A DNA stretch of 64,000 nucleotides, from the NCBI GenBank assembly GCA_010093995.1, contig ML992510.1, positions 137,504-201,503 of the forward strand. Direction: 5' to 3'. The position numbers were made by a program, and so were the translations under genes. The notes beneath the pieces are model-generated. The model ran no database searches. It saw only the letters and a program-made list of their open reading frames with translations, and was not told the DNA's origin. How positions within the stretch are numbered: position 1 is the stretch's first letter; each line of letters opens with the position of its first letter. Positions 36,564-49,319 of the stretch are shown here, piece after piece. The DNA is from Elsinoe ampelina. Its lineage: Eukaryota.

Positions 36564-38301
36564 TCACTTGGTCTTGGTTTTCTTCTTCGGACGCTCCACC
36601 ATCTCCTCACGATCGCTGTCCCCACCATCAGCATCGCCCATCTCCTCGTCACTGCCGCTGGCGCTCTCATGAGCACTGTCGAATTCTTCCGCCACGTCCG
36701 AGTCGTCTGAGGCATGGAAGTCCTCGTCCACCGATTCGTCGTCTTCGTCCGCGGAGCCACGAGCGACGGCCATGACTTCGTCTTCTGAGGAAGCAAGATC
36801 TTCGTCGTTCATAGCGGCGGCCATCAGCTTGCTCTGCGGAAATTGTTAGTCTGCACCGGTGGCTGGAAGGGTATTGCCTTACCTCTTCGTCCATCTCGTT
36901 CTTAGTCTTGATGCCCTTGAGCTGGAAGAAATCCTCCAGTGGCTTTTGCTCTTCACGATTAATGTTGGAAAACTGATGTTCGCCTCCAGTCTTTAGGACC
37001 ATGCTAATGTCGAAAGTCCTGGATGCTGTCATTGTCGCACCTCCGCCGCCAGCTCTCGAGATTGTGATGCTCGCAATGTTGTCGAATGCAATGTAAGTGG
37101 CAGGCTTGGGCACGAAGAGGAAGGCCTTCTCCAGACAGAAGAGGTGACCTTCGTTGGCCTTGATCGAGCACTTCACGCCCGACTGTTGATGGTGGGAACT
37201 AAAGTCCCTGCTTGGCTGAAGGACCTTCTTTCCTGACAATCCCATGAAGAGCTTGGAGATGACCGTACCGATGGGCGATTCGTAATGAGCTTGTAGCTTG
37301 CCGTTATACTTGTTCTTGATATCATCCTCGGTCATGTTCAGATCGATCGTGACCTCTTCTTCGCGCTTGAATTGCATCACGAGGAAAGGGTACCTAGTCT
37401 GACCTTGACGGAGAGGTGGATCGAGGCCGATAGTGATGAGCGTATGCATGTCGTCCGGCTTTGGTAGAAGGAAGTATTTCTTGATGGAATCATACTGGAT
37501 CTTGTAGTCGTAGGTTTTCCCGCGCAGGCGAAAGGAGGTCTCATACATGTCAATGTCGAAGCGTCCACGAGGTGTGAGATGCAAGATATCCAAGAAAGTA
37601 GCGTATGTGTCTCCGGCAACTTCGCCAATCTCGGCGCGGTCCATCAGATTGTCGTAGAAGACTTGCGCGGCGTTGATCTCCGTTTCCTCTCCATCCTCGA
37701 CCTCTTCCCCATCATCGTTCTTTTCCTTGCCCATCGCAGTTCCTGGCACGTAAAATCTCAACTCCACGAGCTGATCTTCCGCAGCGCCTGTCTTGCGGCC
37801 CTTCGACCTCGCACCTCCAAGAGAACCATTTGTGCCATTCTCATCTCCGTCAGCCGGTAATGAAAGGTCAACCGCAACCTCGTTCTTTCCCGCCAAGTTG
37901 GTGTTGGAGATCTCAGAGTAAGGTATCTCGAAAGCCGGCTGGTTGCGGACGTTGAAGACCAGCTCTGATTTTGCGAAATCGGCCTTGCCCCAATTCCAGC
38001 CCCTCAGCGCATGCTCTTTTGGCTCGAGTGTGACTCCATACCATAGCTTGAAGCACTTTGTGACCCTGTCGAGATCGTCCAGGTTGAACCCGTCGAGCTG
38101 TATTACACCCTGGTTTCGTGATAACAGCTTCACCTCTTGACCTTTCGCAGCCTTGCTCCAGTGTGCAGCGACAATTTCGCCCTTGTCAAGTGTGAAGGTG
38201 TCCCCGCCCCCAGAAGGCTTCCATCCTAGACCAGATTCGGCGAAACGGCAGCGTCCTGACTGCTTGGAGAGATCCAAGTAGATGTTCTCGAAGCTCTCCA
38301 T
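36564..38301 (-). CDS. POB3: FACT complex subunit Pob3/SSRP1
   Basis: GLGWK, HALRGWNWG, TPRGRFDIDMY, PPLRQGQTRYPFLV, VKCSIKANEG, FSNINREEQ. Intron 36882-36834 leads into the acidic tail. Confidence 0.96.
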
Positions 38302-38849
38302 GACTGCAAACTCACCTCAGCTGCCTGGAGTTTTCGCAACTTGGCCGGGGTTCCCTTCAGGAAAGCGCAGGTCGATCTCCGAACGGTCTTGACAGTCCGC
38401 AGGTTGCTTAGTGTATTGCGCGCGAACAGATTCTGGCGGTATGAGGCGTCAAGTTTCCGATGGTTGGTGATGCAGACCTCGCGAATGATGAAGGTGAGGG
38501 AAGCTGTACAGTTCAAGAAAGCTTCACGCCAGAACGCGTCTAAGCTAAATTGATGCCGCGCGGGACAGGCAGAATTTAGAGTTTCGGCAGGCAGGGCCGG
38601 CGGGATGTGATGCAGCTTCACATGTGAAACATCATTGTCCACGGGTGCTCCTCCACCTTTGACAATTCACTGCTCACGTCAAAGAAATATCTGCCTGAAA
38701 TTTCACTTTTCAAATCCTGATCATCCTCCAGAGCAGCTGACCATACCAAAATTCCACGCACAAATATTCCACCAGAATTATCCACACGGCCGCTAAATCT
38801 GGACTCCTGAGATGTGACTGCCCGTCTCCACCCGGGAGGCGAGACCAAA

Positions 38850-41800
38850 ATGACGACCACCATCCGCTATCCTGGCGAAAGCGGCAATGGATCAGGCATC
38901 CAGAAATGGTATCGACGCAATCTAAACAATCTGATGTTTGATCGCGAGCTCCGTGACTATCAGATACCATCACGAAGGGTTCGCGCTGCGTACGGACGTT
39001 CAGAATGGGTAGATAATTTGGACATCGTCAACGAACTCAGTGGTCATACTGGTTGTGTCAACGCGCTCAGCTGGTCAAAGTCTGGCCAGCTCCTCGCTTC
39101 TGGCTCCGATGACAAACATCTCAACATCCAAAAGTATCAACCTGAGGACAAGAACACACAATTCACCCTCGCTACCACCGTGGCCACTGGCCACACCGCC
39201 AATATCTTCTCGGTCAAATTCATGCCGCACTCCAACGATCAAACTGTCATAACATGCGCCGGAGACGGGGAGATTCGTGTGTTTGATCTTGAAGCATCAG
39301 GATCCAGTAGCACGCCTTCTTCCGCAGCCAATGCAGCCAGCAGTGCTCGTCGTCGTGGTCGGGGTGTCATGCAGGAAGGTGTGAGGTATCTGACTGATGG
39401 CAACACCAATTGCAGGGTATATCGCTCTCACGGAGATCGGGTGAAGCGAATTGTCACCGAATCATCTCCTCACTTGTTCCTGAGCTGTTCAGAGGATGGA
39501 GAAGTACGACAATGGGATCTTCGTCTTCCCTCTTCAGCATATCCTAGGCCTCGCAAAGCATACGACCCTGCAGTTCCGCCTCCACTCATATCCTACAAAC
39601 CTTTCCAGATTGACCTTCACACCATTTCCTGCTCGGCAACCCAGCCTTACTACATCGCACTTGGCGGATCACACCTGCATTGCTTCCTGCATGATCGGCG
39701 TATGCTAGGTCGAGACAGAGTTGCCGAATCAGGTCAGAAATCGCCTACTCCAGGTTCAGAGACGGATGATGATTTGATGGGCCGAGCAACACAGTGTGTC
39801 CGTAAGTTTGCGCCTGGTGGGCAGCAAAGGATGCGCCGAGCAGACAACGGTCATATCACAGCCTGCAAGATTAGTGACGCGCATCCAAACGAGCTTATCG
39901 CCAGTTGGTCTGGAGAACATATTTACAGCTTCGACATAATTCGAAGTCCAGATGCATCGGAGGCGGTCAAGGTGGAGAGGAGTCCTGACGCCAAATCCAG
40001 CAAAGTTTCGCAATCAAGTCCTGACCTGAAGCGCAAGAGGGCACCGGGTAGTACTCATTCTCTGTCACAACAAGGAGGACATCGGGCGGAATCTCGACCT
40101 CGTACCGAAAGTCCAGTGTCTGAAGGACATGATATGGCACTCAGAGTGCAATACGGAAACGGGCAGTCCGAAGACATACAGGTGAGGGCAGAGCAGAACC
40201 CTCAATCAGATCGAACGCCCCAACAACGGAGTGCAGACGATCTAGCACGACGAGCGACCAAGCTCGCTTCGATCCTGCTTGATGCTCGCTCTCCGCAACC
40301 ATCATCCATGAAAGATCCTACTGGGTGGGGGTCGTCCTTCACAAGCGTCCTTGGATATTGCGCGTCAACACTCCCCGAGATGTTACAAATCCATTCTGCC
40401 TGGCGCTATCCAGTAGATACATTGTCTCCCACTATCGCTATCCATCGCACGTTGCGAGCACATCGGGAGTCAGCCATTCGCTTTGTGCAGGCAGCTGGCG
40501 TGATCTCGCGAGCACTCGGCGGAAAATTGCAAAGTGCTTCATCGGCAAACCCTGCACAGGTCATGTTTGAACAAATCGGGGTTTCAGAAACAGACGGACC
40601 TGATCTTTCACCATCAGAGCAGTTCCGATACGATTTCTTGAAAGCCATTTTCCTTTGGCTTGACAGTGGTGTAGGCGCTTTGATCCACCACTTTAGCAAA
40701 GACGCGGCTCCCGGCGGAAGGGCTGCACGACGCTACCCGGTACCTACGGATGCTGATATGGATGCCATCGACGATCATCTCATTCCGTACTTGCATAATC
40801 TAGCCAGTGACAAGAGTGTCATAAATGTCGATGTCTCACGCTTCGAGGTTGATGAGAACCGCATTGTTTTCAAGACCGAAAAGGATGCCGTAAGAGAGTT
40901 CGGAAAAGCTCTCAAGAAGCCATTTGCCGATTTATCCGCTGAGTTCACGGGCCACGATCCAGACACGCAGCAGAGATCAATAGCTATCCGATTTTGGGGT
41001 ATGATCGTGGCTCGTGGCGTGCTCGGGAATGCATGGGAAAGTCTGGACTTTACGCTTATCAGTCGTGGTTTCGGAGGCCTGGGCCAGGCAGACCAAGCTA
41101 CGACTTTGCAAGAGCGTCGTTTGCAAGAGCAGATGGGCAATATCGTCCCTGACCAGAACGACGAAGAGAACATGGCGTCGGCGACAGTGCAGCTTCGCAG
41201 CGAAGATGAGCCGATCGCAGTGAGCGATCTGATCGAAACAATTCGCAACGATGCCGACGATGGACCTTCCAGCGGCGATACTGATGAGGATGGCGACGAA
41301 AACGAAGCACTCCACAGCGCTGCAGGAAGTGAGTGGGAGGACGACGACGACGACAACGACGACGATAATGATAACGACGATGGCGAGGAGGAGTCAGTGG
41401 CTGTGGAGGACTCCGACGACGACGAAGAAGACTCTGACTCTGACTCTGACTCTGATGATGAAGAATACGAATTTGGCTTTCCTGGTCGACTACAACGATC
41501 TGCATTTAATCGGCGCAAGCTGTGGTCCACAGTAGAGACCAAGGTACCATGTGTAAATCACACGAGGTCCTATCAGGGTCATTGTAATGTCAAAACGGTC
41601 AAAGATGTCAACTTTTACGGCCTCGACGACGAGTACGTGGTCTCTGGGTCGGATGAAGGCAATCTCTTCATCTGGGATCGCAAGACCTCCAAGCTTCTCA
41701 ACATCCTTGAAGGTGATGGTGAAGTTGTCAACGTCATTCAGGGCCATCCTTATGAGCCTATGCTCGCTGTCAGCGGCATCGATGATACTATCAAGATCTT

Positions 41801-42294
41801 TTCCCCAGATGCCAGAGCACGGCAAGCCGCTCGCCTAGGACAAGATGTCGCTGCTGCCGATTCCTCTACTTTCTCATCGCTTTCTTGGCCTGCTCGAGCT
41901 CGTGGTCGCCGGGTACCTCGGACCGCATCTGATGCTGCAACATCCGAGCCAGCTGTGCCTGGACAAGAACACTACGACGAAGACGATGATTACGTCGCTC
42001 CGTCGGGACTGGCCAGCCGCAAAAGGATCGAACAGGAATACCAGATCAGGAATGAGAACGATCGCACACGGCAAGGGGGAAATCAGGAAGCTTATATCAC
42101 GGCGAGTGATCTTCTAGCTATGATTCTGGGAGGCATGCGCTGATGCTTTACAGAGAAGCATGCTGGCCCAGCTCGCCGCGAGCATAAGAAGACGCAGGGC
42201 CGAGACCGGGCATGATCCCCTCGCTGATGAGGCTGCTGGTCTTGCAGATGAGGAGGGGAGGATTACTTTGACAGACGACTGTGTCGTGCAATAA
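38850..42294 (+). CDS. WD40-repeat protein, DCAF8/Iqw1-like CUL4-DDB1 substrate receptor
   Basis: ELSGHTGCVNALSWS..GQLLASGSDD, TGHTANIFSVKF, YQGHCNVKTVKDVNF, SGSDEGNLFIWD, GDGEVVN, AVSGIDDTIKIF. A probable GC-AG intron at 42102-42153 extends the CDS to TAA 42292-42294. Confidence 0.85.
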
Positions 42295-42567
42295 GTGGTT
42301 TGGGAGGGAAGTGACCGGACCACCAAGCATTCAACAGACTCATCATACTCGCATAGCCGGCAAGGAATTTTTAAACATCGATGGCGCATAGCATATCTGG
42401 AGCACAGCGCCCTGAACATGATGCATAGATTACAGTCATTGTCCCTCCTGTAGTGGTCGATTGCAGGTCCAGGTCTCCGTGTCCTTTCCGTGTCCTTTCC
42501 CCATGCCAAACGCCTGTCGCTGTTGTAGATGATGACTGGCCACTGCAAAAGCCTCTGTCCCACTCGC

Positions 42568-42950
42568 TCATTTTGCCTTTGCTGCTTCCTTTGCCTGTTG
42601 TGCTTTCAATGCCTTCTTCCTGTTGCTTCTAATCATTACCACCGATAGGAAGCTGCCAACAACTGCCCCGCCGAGCAGGATGAGCATGACTGGTATCCGG
42701 ATGGCCCATACTCTCGGGAGGAAGAACGACTGTGAAGGATGCGAGTCATCGACAAATGGCTGGATGTGTGTCAGCCAATGACGGAGATCATTTGAGGGAC
42801 ATCGATTGTGACTAACCATTATGAGTGTCCATACTGTGTAGTACACGAAGACACCTGTCGCGACAAGCAGCATTGAAAGGCCGACGAGTTGGTCGAGCTG
42901 TGGCTGTCAGAAGCTGTATCAATGACCTCTAATAGCAAGCTGACCATCAT
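42568..42950 (-). CDS. DPM2: Dolichol-phosphate mannose synthase regulatory subunit 2
   Basis: MM, intron 42944-42898, LDQLVGLSMLLVATGVFVYYTVWTLIM, intron 42816-42760, PFVDDSHPSQSFFLPRVWAIRIP. Confidence 0.92.
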
Positions 42951-43180
42951 GAAGTCCTCCGAGCACTTCTTCGAATGATTCCCAGAGCCTTGTTGTGAGC
43001 AATTGCGTCCTGAACAAATGTCAAGGGGCATCTTCCAGCTCCGCGGTCGAGGTCGAGGGAGCTCGAGTTGAGCCGAGGTTTCGCCGGCCGCAACTGCCTG
43101 AAAGTTTCTTGCTAACTTGTATGACATTCTCCTGCCTCTGCACGCGATCAGCAATTTGACTTTCACTTTGCTCAGGCATC

Positions 43181-46057
43181 ATGGCCGCAGCAGTCGATCG
43201 CAGTCCTAGACTGCCATCTCCAGGCGCTGCTGAGCCTGAGCAGGCCGGTCCCTCATCTGGTCGGAAACGATCGCCCATCTCACGCTCACCTTCACCTGAG
43301 CGACGAGCCCCCCCACTGCGTCGAAGATCGCGCTCAATATCGCCGCCTCCGCGAAATGGGCCTCTGCCTCGCGATGTCGACCGATCACGTGCCTTCGAGC
43401 GCCAGCGACAAATGGAGGAGCGGCTGAAGGACAAGGAAGTGGAGAATTCGACACCCCTCAGTGCAGCAGAGAAGCAGGCGGCTGCGAAGAAGGAGTATGA
43501 GCGTCTGCTCACCATGCGCTCGGGAGGCACATACATTCCACCTGCGAGGCTAAAGGCACTGCAGGCGGAAATCGGAAACGATCCGCAGTCGAAAGAGTTT
43601 CAGAGGATGGCGTGGGAAGCGCTGAAGAAGTCGATCAATGGTCTGATCAACAAGGTCAACGTGTCGAATATCAAGCACATCGTCCCGGAGCTGTTTGGGG
43701 AAAACCTGGTTAGAGGGAGGGGGCTGTTCTGCAGGAGCATCATGAAGGCACAGGCTGCGTCTCTGCCGTTCACACCAATTTACGCAGCCATGGCGGCGAT
43801 TGTCAACACGAAGCTGCCGCAGGTTGGGGAGCTCTTGGTCAACAGACTTATCATACAGTTCCGGAAGGCTTTCAAGCGAAATGACAAGAGTGTCTGCTTG
43901 AGCAGCACGACTTTTCTGGCGCACCTGATCAACCAGCAAGTCGCTCACGAGATGCTGGCAGCACAGATCTTGCTCCTCCTACTCAACAAGCCAACGGACG
44001 ACAGTGTGGAAATTGCGGTGGGTCTGATGAAGGAAGTCGGGCAACACCTCGAGGAATTCCAGGCAAAGATTGCAATGGCCGTCTACGACCAATTCAGAAA
44101 TATTCTACACGAGGCAGACATCGACAAGCGAGTGCAGTACATGATCGAGGTGCTTTTTCAAATCAGGAAGGACAAGTACAAGGACTACCCGGCTGTAAAA
44201 GACGAGCTGGATTTGGTAGAGGAAGAGGACCAAATTACGCACAACACTGGACTGGACGATCAGGTCGACGTGCAGGACGGGCTCAATATCTTCAAGTTCG
44301 ATGCCGACTGGGAAGAGAACGAAGTGGCATACAAAAAGCTCAAAGCGGAAATCCTTGGCGATGGTGATGACAGCGAAGAGGACGAGAGTGGCTCCGACGT
44401 TAGCAGCGAAGATGAAGAGGAAGAGCAGCGCGAACGGGAGATGGAGATCAAGGATCAGACGAACACAGACCTGGTCAACCTGCGGCGAACGATATACTTG
44501 ACGATCATGTCATCTGGCGGATTCGAAGAATGTACCCACAAACTATTACGGATCAAGCTACCTGAAGGTCTCGAGCATGAGCTGCCTTCTATGCTGATCG
44601 AATGTTCATCGCAAGAGCGTACCTTCAACAAATTCTTTGGCTTGATTGCTGAGCGACTGTGCAAGCTGAACAGGATGTGGATCGGGCTATTCGAGGGGCA
44701 ATTCGCGAAGTACTACGAGACCATACATCGATTCGAGACAAACAGACTCAGGATCATTGCCCAACTTTTCGGTCATCTCTTCACGTCTGATGCGATTGGC
44801 TGGCAAGCCATGGAAGCGATTCGCTTGAATGAAGAGGACACGACTTCGTCTTCTCGTATCTTTATCAAGATTCTCTTCGAGGATCTCGCACAAGGTCTAG
44901 GAATGAAGAAGCTGACCGATCGCATGAGAGACGACTCATTACAACCATACTTTAACGGCGTCTTCCCGACTGACAATCCTCGCAACACCCGCTTCAGCAT
45001 CAATTTCTTCACCGCCATTGGTATGGGTGCTCTGACCGAAGGCATGAGAGAGCATCTCAAGAACATGCCGAAGCCTGCCATCCCAGCTATCGCCCCTACG
45101 GCACGCTCGCCAAGTCCCAGCGAAGGCTCCGTTTCAAGCTACTCGTCCTACTCAAGTTACTCTAGCCGGTCAAGGTCTGTTTCAAGATCGCGGTCACCTT
45201 CACGAGACCGTCGCAGAGGTCGCAGCGTCACTCGCTCTCGCTCACCGCCGCGTCGGAATGGTCGCGCTCGATCTGCTTCGGACTCGCGATCGCCAATCCC
45301 CCGACGCCGGTCAGTTTCTGACTCTCGGTCTCGATCCCGAACACCTCCGCGTCGTAGGAGGACTCCAAGCTATACGCCATCTCGATCACGTAGCCCTGTG
45401 CGCCGTCGGCCCGCGTCCCGGTCACCTCCTCCGAAAGGACGACGGTCGCCGTTGGACTCTCGTTCCCGCTCGCCACCTCCGCGCCGTCGTCGGTCCACTT
45501 CAAGATCGCGCTCGCCGTCTCGATCTCCAACCCGGCGCAGGCGATTGTCTTCCGACTCCCGCTCGCCGCCACCAAGAAGAGCAAGAAGCAGGTCAGGTTC
45601 AATGTCTCGCTCGCCCCCACCTCGTCGTCGAAGATCTCCCAGTGACTCACGTTCTCGCTCGCCACCAAGAAGGCGCAGCTCACCACCGCGTGGGCAGCGA
45701 AGTCGTGGTGGCTTCCGCGGCAACAGCAACCGGCAGCGGTCACCATCATACGACTCCCGTTCCCGATCACCTGCACGATCAGTCGCAGGGTCTCGCAGAA
45801 ATGGTAGGGCACGACCGAGATCTCGGACACCAGATTCGCGATCTCGCAGCCCGCAACCAAGAAGCAATGGCAGGGTCAATGGCGATGCGGCAAGGAAGGT
45901 CAATGGAGCAAAAGATGATAAGGACGATTTGGATGGCATACACCCAAGTCGTAGAGGTCTGATGGGAGGTGAACAGAGGGGCGGTAGAGGAGGGAGAGGA
46001 GGCAGAGGCGGTTTTGGTGCAGGCAGGGGCAGGCCGAGAAGTGATCTGTACTTGTGA
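43181..46057 (+). CDS. CWC22: Pre-mRNA splicing factor Cwc22 (MIF4G + MA3 domains, RS-rich tail)
   Basis: RSGGTYIPPARL, QRMAWEALKKSINGLINKVN, LVNLRRTIYLTIMSS, TTSSSRIFIKILF, RFSINFFTAIGMG. Confidence 0.96.
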   Translation: MAAAVDRSPRLPSPGAAEPEQAGPSSGRKRSPISRSPSPERRAPPLRRRSRSISPPPRNGPLPRDVDRSRAFERQRQMEERLKDKEVENSTPLSAAEKQAAAKKEYERLLTMRSGGTYIPPARLKALQAEIGNDPQSKEFQRMAWEALKKSINGLINKVNVSNIKHIVPELFGENLVRGRGLFCRSIMKAQAASLPFTPIYAAMAAIVNTKLPQVGELLVNRLIIQFRKAFKRNDKSVCLSSTTFLAHLINQQVAHEMLAAQILLLLLNKPTDDSVEIAVGLMKEVGQHLEEFQAKIAMAVYDQFRNILHEADIDKRVQYMIEVLFQIRKDKYKDYPAVKDELDLVEEEDQITHNTGLDDQVDVQDGLNIFKFDADWEENEVAYKKLKAEILGDGDDSEEDESGSDVSSEDEEEEQREREMEIKDQTNTDLVNLRRTIYLTIMSSGGFEECTHKLLRIKLPEGLEHELPSMLIECSSQERTFNKFFGLIAERLCKLNRMWIGLFEGQFAKYYETIHRFETNRLRIIAQLFGHLFTSDAIGWQAMEAIRLNEEDTTSSSRIFIKILFEDLAQGLGMKKLTDRMRDDSLQPYFNGVFPTDNPRNTRFSINFFTAIGMGALTEGMREHLKNMPKPAIPAIAPTARSPSPSEGSVSSYSSYSSYSSRSRSVSRSRSPSRDRRRGRSVTRSRSPPRRNGRARSASDSRSPIPRRRSVSDSRSRSRTPPRRRRTPSYTPSRSRSPVRRRPASRSPPPKGRRSPLDSRSRSPPPRRRRSTSRSRSPSRSPTRRRRLSSDSRSPPPRRARSRSGSMSRSPPPRRRRSPSDSRSRSPPRRRSSPPRGQRSRGGFRGNSNRQRSPSYDSRSRSPARSVAGSRRNGRARPRSRTPDSRSRSPQPRSNGRVNGDAARKVNGAKDDKDDLDGIHPSRRGLMGGEQRGGRGGRGGRGGFGAGRGRPRSDLYL

Positions 46058-47277
46058 TAGGTTGTGTATGTAGAGAGATAGGAGCATGGGGTTCTGCCGT
46101 AAAAAAGTGATCAGGTGACCCGCATTGTCGTCGCAAGTGACACAATTCATGCATGCTGGATGAAGTCAAACACTGCGGTACGTAGTCTTTCATTTATTTG
46201 GTTGAGAATGAAAGCCGTCTACTTGCCCTTTCTTTGTCTGATTGAAAATCGTTCGCTGCTTGACTCACCTAATTAGTGGTCGTTGGATTCACACGCAAAA
46301 TCGTCTCGAACATTGGAGCAGTTAGCCTCACAAATGATTATTTACTCTGCACCAGCCTCTGACAGAGAGCCGCGATGCCATCAGGATATCTGGAGGACGA
46401 CGCCAACTATAGCATGAGCATCGTCAACACGGATGTGGGTTGGACCAATATGCACGATCCAAAATGCATGCCACCGCCATCTTCTCCGTCGTGCGCCACC
46501 TCTTCCCCTCCTGCACAAGTCCCAACCCATCTTTAGCAGACTATATATTTCCACTCACCCCTCCGATACACCAGATCAGTCGCTTAGCCTAGTGGCTACA
46601 GCGCACTACGGATCGCCAATCAAACCAAGCGTTTACGCCGAGTTTGGATTCGCACCTCCGTCGCACACAGTTCGATTCTCGACAACGTCAAGACGACGAC
46701 GTTTACCAGTGTGCACAATTCTCCAAGGGTCGAGTTGCCGATCACCAACTCACTGTCGCAAGACAGGCGCTCCTGTAGAGCAGATTCGGAGCATAGCATA
46801 ATTGTGATAAAGCCTGAGGAAGAAGAACGCGATGAGACGAGTGCGAATTTTTTGCCGTTTCGGTCGCCGAGGTAGGGGAGAGACTGAGCTAGATCCGCTG
46901 AGGTGAGGCATGCGATGAGTTTTTGCATAGCGTTTGAGAGAATAATCACAACAGATGGAGTGTTTGCCACCAATGATGTGTTGTGCCTTATTGCTTGTTT
47001 CATAGAGTGGGATAACAAGCAAGTCCTGCGCAACAAAGTCTGCATAGCTGGACGCACAATTTTCGCCATCACGAACACGCGAACTTCACATTATCTGTAC
47101 ATAACCTCCAAAGACTCTGGTGAAGCACGGAGATCCAACGATGAGCACTTCTGCACTGCCAGATATGGATTACTTCCTACCCAGGATACGCGACGATGAT
47201 GGTCACATTTGGAGATATCGAGCTACTCCCTCAAGCGACAAGGAGCAAGGTCATTCACGTATGTCCTCCAGGACAGC

Positions 47278-47979
47278 ATGCGGTACACTAACCACTTCCC
47301 AGTCCCACGAGGTCCCTTCCAAAACTTCCAACGCATGGTCTTCTCCAAGGACCTCAAAATCTGCGTCTTATACTACAACGACACTCACGCCCCCGACGAA
47401 TGGACCGTCGCCGACTGCATCATCTTCGAGCGCCACCACCTGCTTCCCGTCCTCTGGAGGATGTACTCCGACGACACCATCATCCTTCTTCACGTCAGAG
47501 ACCCTCTCTGCCGCGGCTACGACGCCGGACTGGCCGATATCGTGCGAGAGAACATCGCCAGCAAAGTCCGACTACACCTCATCGCCACAAGCAGGTACAT
47601 GCAACTCGCTGTGCGCTTCGTAGCCTACCGCACTTCCCCTATAGGCAGTCCCAGCCGATACATGGCTCTAGAAGACATGGACACCATACAAGACTCCTTG
47701 GAGCGCGACCGGAAAGTGCGAGCTTCCTTGTTCGACGACGAGCCAATCGCGGGTGCCACGGTGATTGGTGCGAGGAATATACCGGATGGCCAGCTGTGGG
47801 CCGAGTGGAGACGATTGTATGCGAATGAGCGCGACGAGGCGGTGAGACCGGGCTCGACAAATTACAGTGAGGGGAGGAAGTTGGCTGTGTGGCGGCAGGT
47901 GTTTGGGGACGACGATGGGTTGGCGGGTCAGCTGGATGATTTTGTCAAGAAGCGGGATCGTGAGGCGGGGCGTCGATAG
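47278..47979 (+). CDS. Array member 1 of an unassigned paralog family (APDE subtype); start uncertain
   Basis: FSKDLKICVLYYNDTHAPDEW...LLHVRDP. An upstream protein-like frame from ATG 47141 (MSTSALPDMDYFLPRIR...) may join through a frameshift. Confidence 0.7.
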   Translation: MRYTNHFPVPRGPFQNFQRMVFSKDLKICVLYYNDTHAPDEWTVADCIIFERHHLLPVLWRMYSDDTIILLHVRDPLCRGYDAGLADIVRENIASKVRLHLIATSRYMQLAVRFVAYRTSPIGSPSRYMALEDMDTIQDSLERDRKVRASLFDDEPIAGATVIGARNIPDGQLWAEWRRLYANERDEAVRPGSTNYSEGRKLAVWRQVFGDDDGLAGQLDDFVKKRDREAGRR

Positions 47980-48390
47980 GTGCATGCAGAGTGTGTGCTT
48001 CAAACTATGCAGGGGAGCTGGGTAGCTGCTTATCCGGCACATTGAGGATATCCGGTGACACGAAGTTGCTGGTCTTTGAAAGAGTACTCATGCAGCAAAC
48101 CGCAAGCGAGATGGGCTGAGGGGTGTTGTGCGACCCAAGGACTAGTCCGAAAAATCCTACAAGTAGCTTTGCCATCATTTGTGCTATCGCTTCTGCATCG
48201 TCCTATCATTCTCCAGAATTTCTGCCAGTCGATCCTTACATCCAACCTGCCAGATTGTCAGGTCGGACGGACATACCAAGCACTATGGAAGCGCAGAAAG
48301 GGCAAATGATTGCAGTTATGATGCCTCCAGTCCACTATACTGGATCAGCTGGACTGCAATGGAGACTGCCATTTCTTCATCATTGGCAAG

Positions 48391-49061
48391 ATGAGTCACT
48401 CTCTGAGACGACCTTGTCTCCACAGCAGAATCGTACCTGCAGCACTCAAACACTGTGAATTTGGACACCCGATATACACGCTCGTCTCACGTGATGGCAA
48501 GTTCCTCGTACAGTACTACGACGACTGGAGGGCCCCATCGGAACTCACCTGCGCCAATACACTGATTACCAACATGAAAAAAGCTTACTTGACTCGAACG
48601 ACACCACAAAACGGACCACACTACACGGTCGCAACCACCAAGGCGGAGAGCCGAGACCCGTCGCGTTGGAGAAGTACCTCCTGGGCGCGAAAGAATCAGA
48701 GATTTTCTCCTCCCTCGCGGCTGCTTAGTGTTATCGAGAGATCGCTCAACAGTACCGAGAAGCGGAAAAGGCACACCGGGCCCTGATGACGGCCCCTTCA
48801 GGAGGCGTGGAGCAGCTGAACCTACAGCGTCGATTCTGGGTGAAGCACACCATCTGGAACCGTGCGCGGAAGGGAGCTAGGTATTGGCGATACAAGATTG
48901 CAGAGACGGATGAGCAAGAAAACGAAGATCGACAACGTCAGATCGAGCGCATGGGTTTGCGTGTCGCTCGGGATGCCATTGTCTGGTCGAAGGAAGGGCT
49001 TAGGAGATGCAATGATTGCTTATTGAGAGGAGACGTGGATGGATTTCTCAGACTCGTGTAG
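48391..49061 (+). pseudogene. Array member 2 (RxxSE subtype), disabled
   Basis: PIYTLVSRDGKFLVQYYDDWRAPSE, then a frameshift near the A6 run 48577-48582, then RTTLHGRNH. In-frame TAG at 48726-48728, then ...IVWSKEGLRRCNDCLLRGDVDGFLRLV*. Confidence 0.8.
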
Positions 49062-49319
49062 ACGATGAGGTCAAATGCTGCAGTGGCGGAATCTTTTCAT
49101 TGGAATGGTATATACAAGATGGACGCGCGTGTCATACTGGCTGTTGGCACATCACGGTTTTGTTCTCTTCCGAGTCCTCTTCGGGAGAGTCACGTGGTTG
49201 GAGCAAATGCTACATATCCACGTTACTTATCGGTGCTCTGACAGTGTTGAGGTCCACAATGTTCCCTACCTGCTGTCGACATGCCCGTAACGGGAGTGCT
49301 GGACAGTGACTGAGAATCT

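Noticed and set aside
45228..45962. Several long overlapping ORFs on both strands
   Set aside because: Shadow frames of the repetitive RS-rich tail of CWC22.
46433..46900. Possible tenth array member upstream of member 1
   Set aside because: No QYxxD..E, HCRDP or RGD motif in the frames I read. A stop-interrupted frame exists but has no identifiable similarity.
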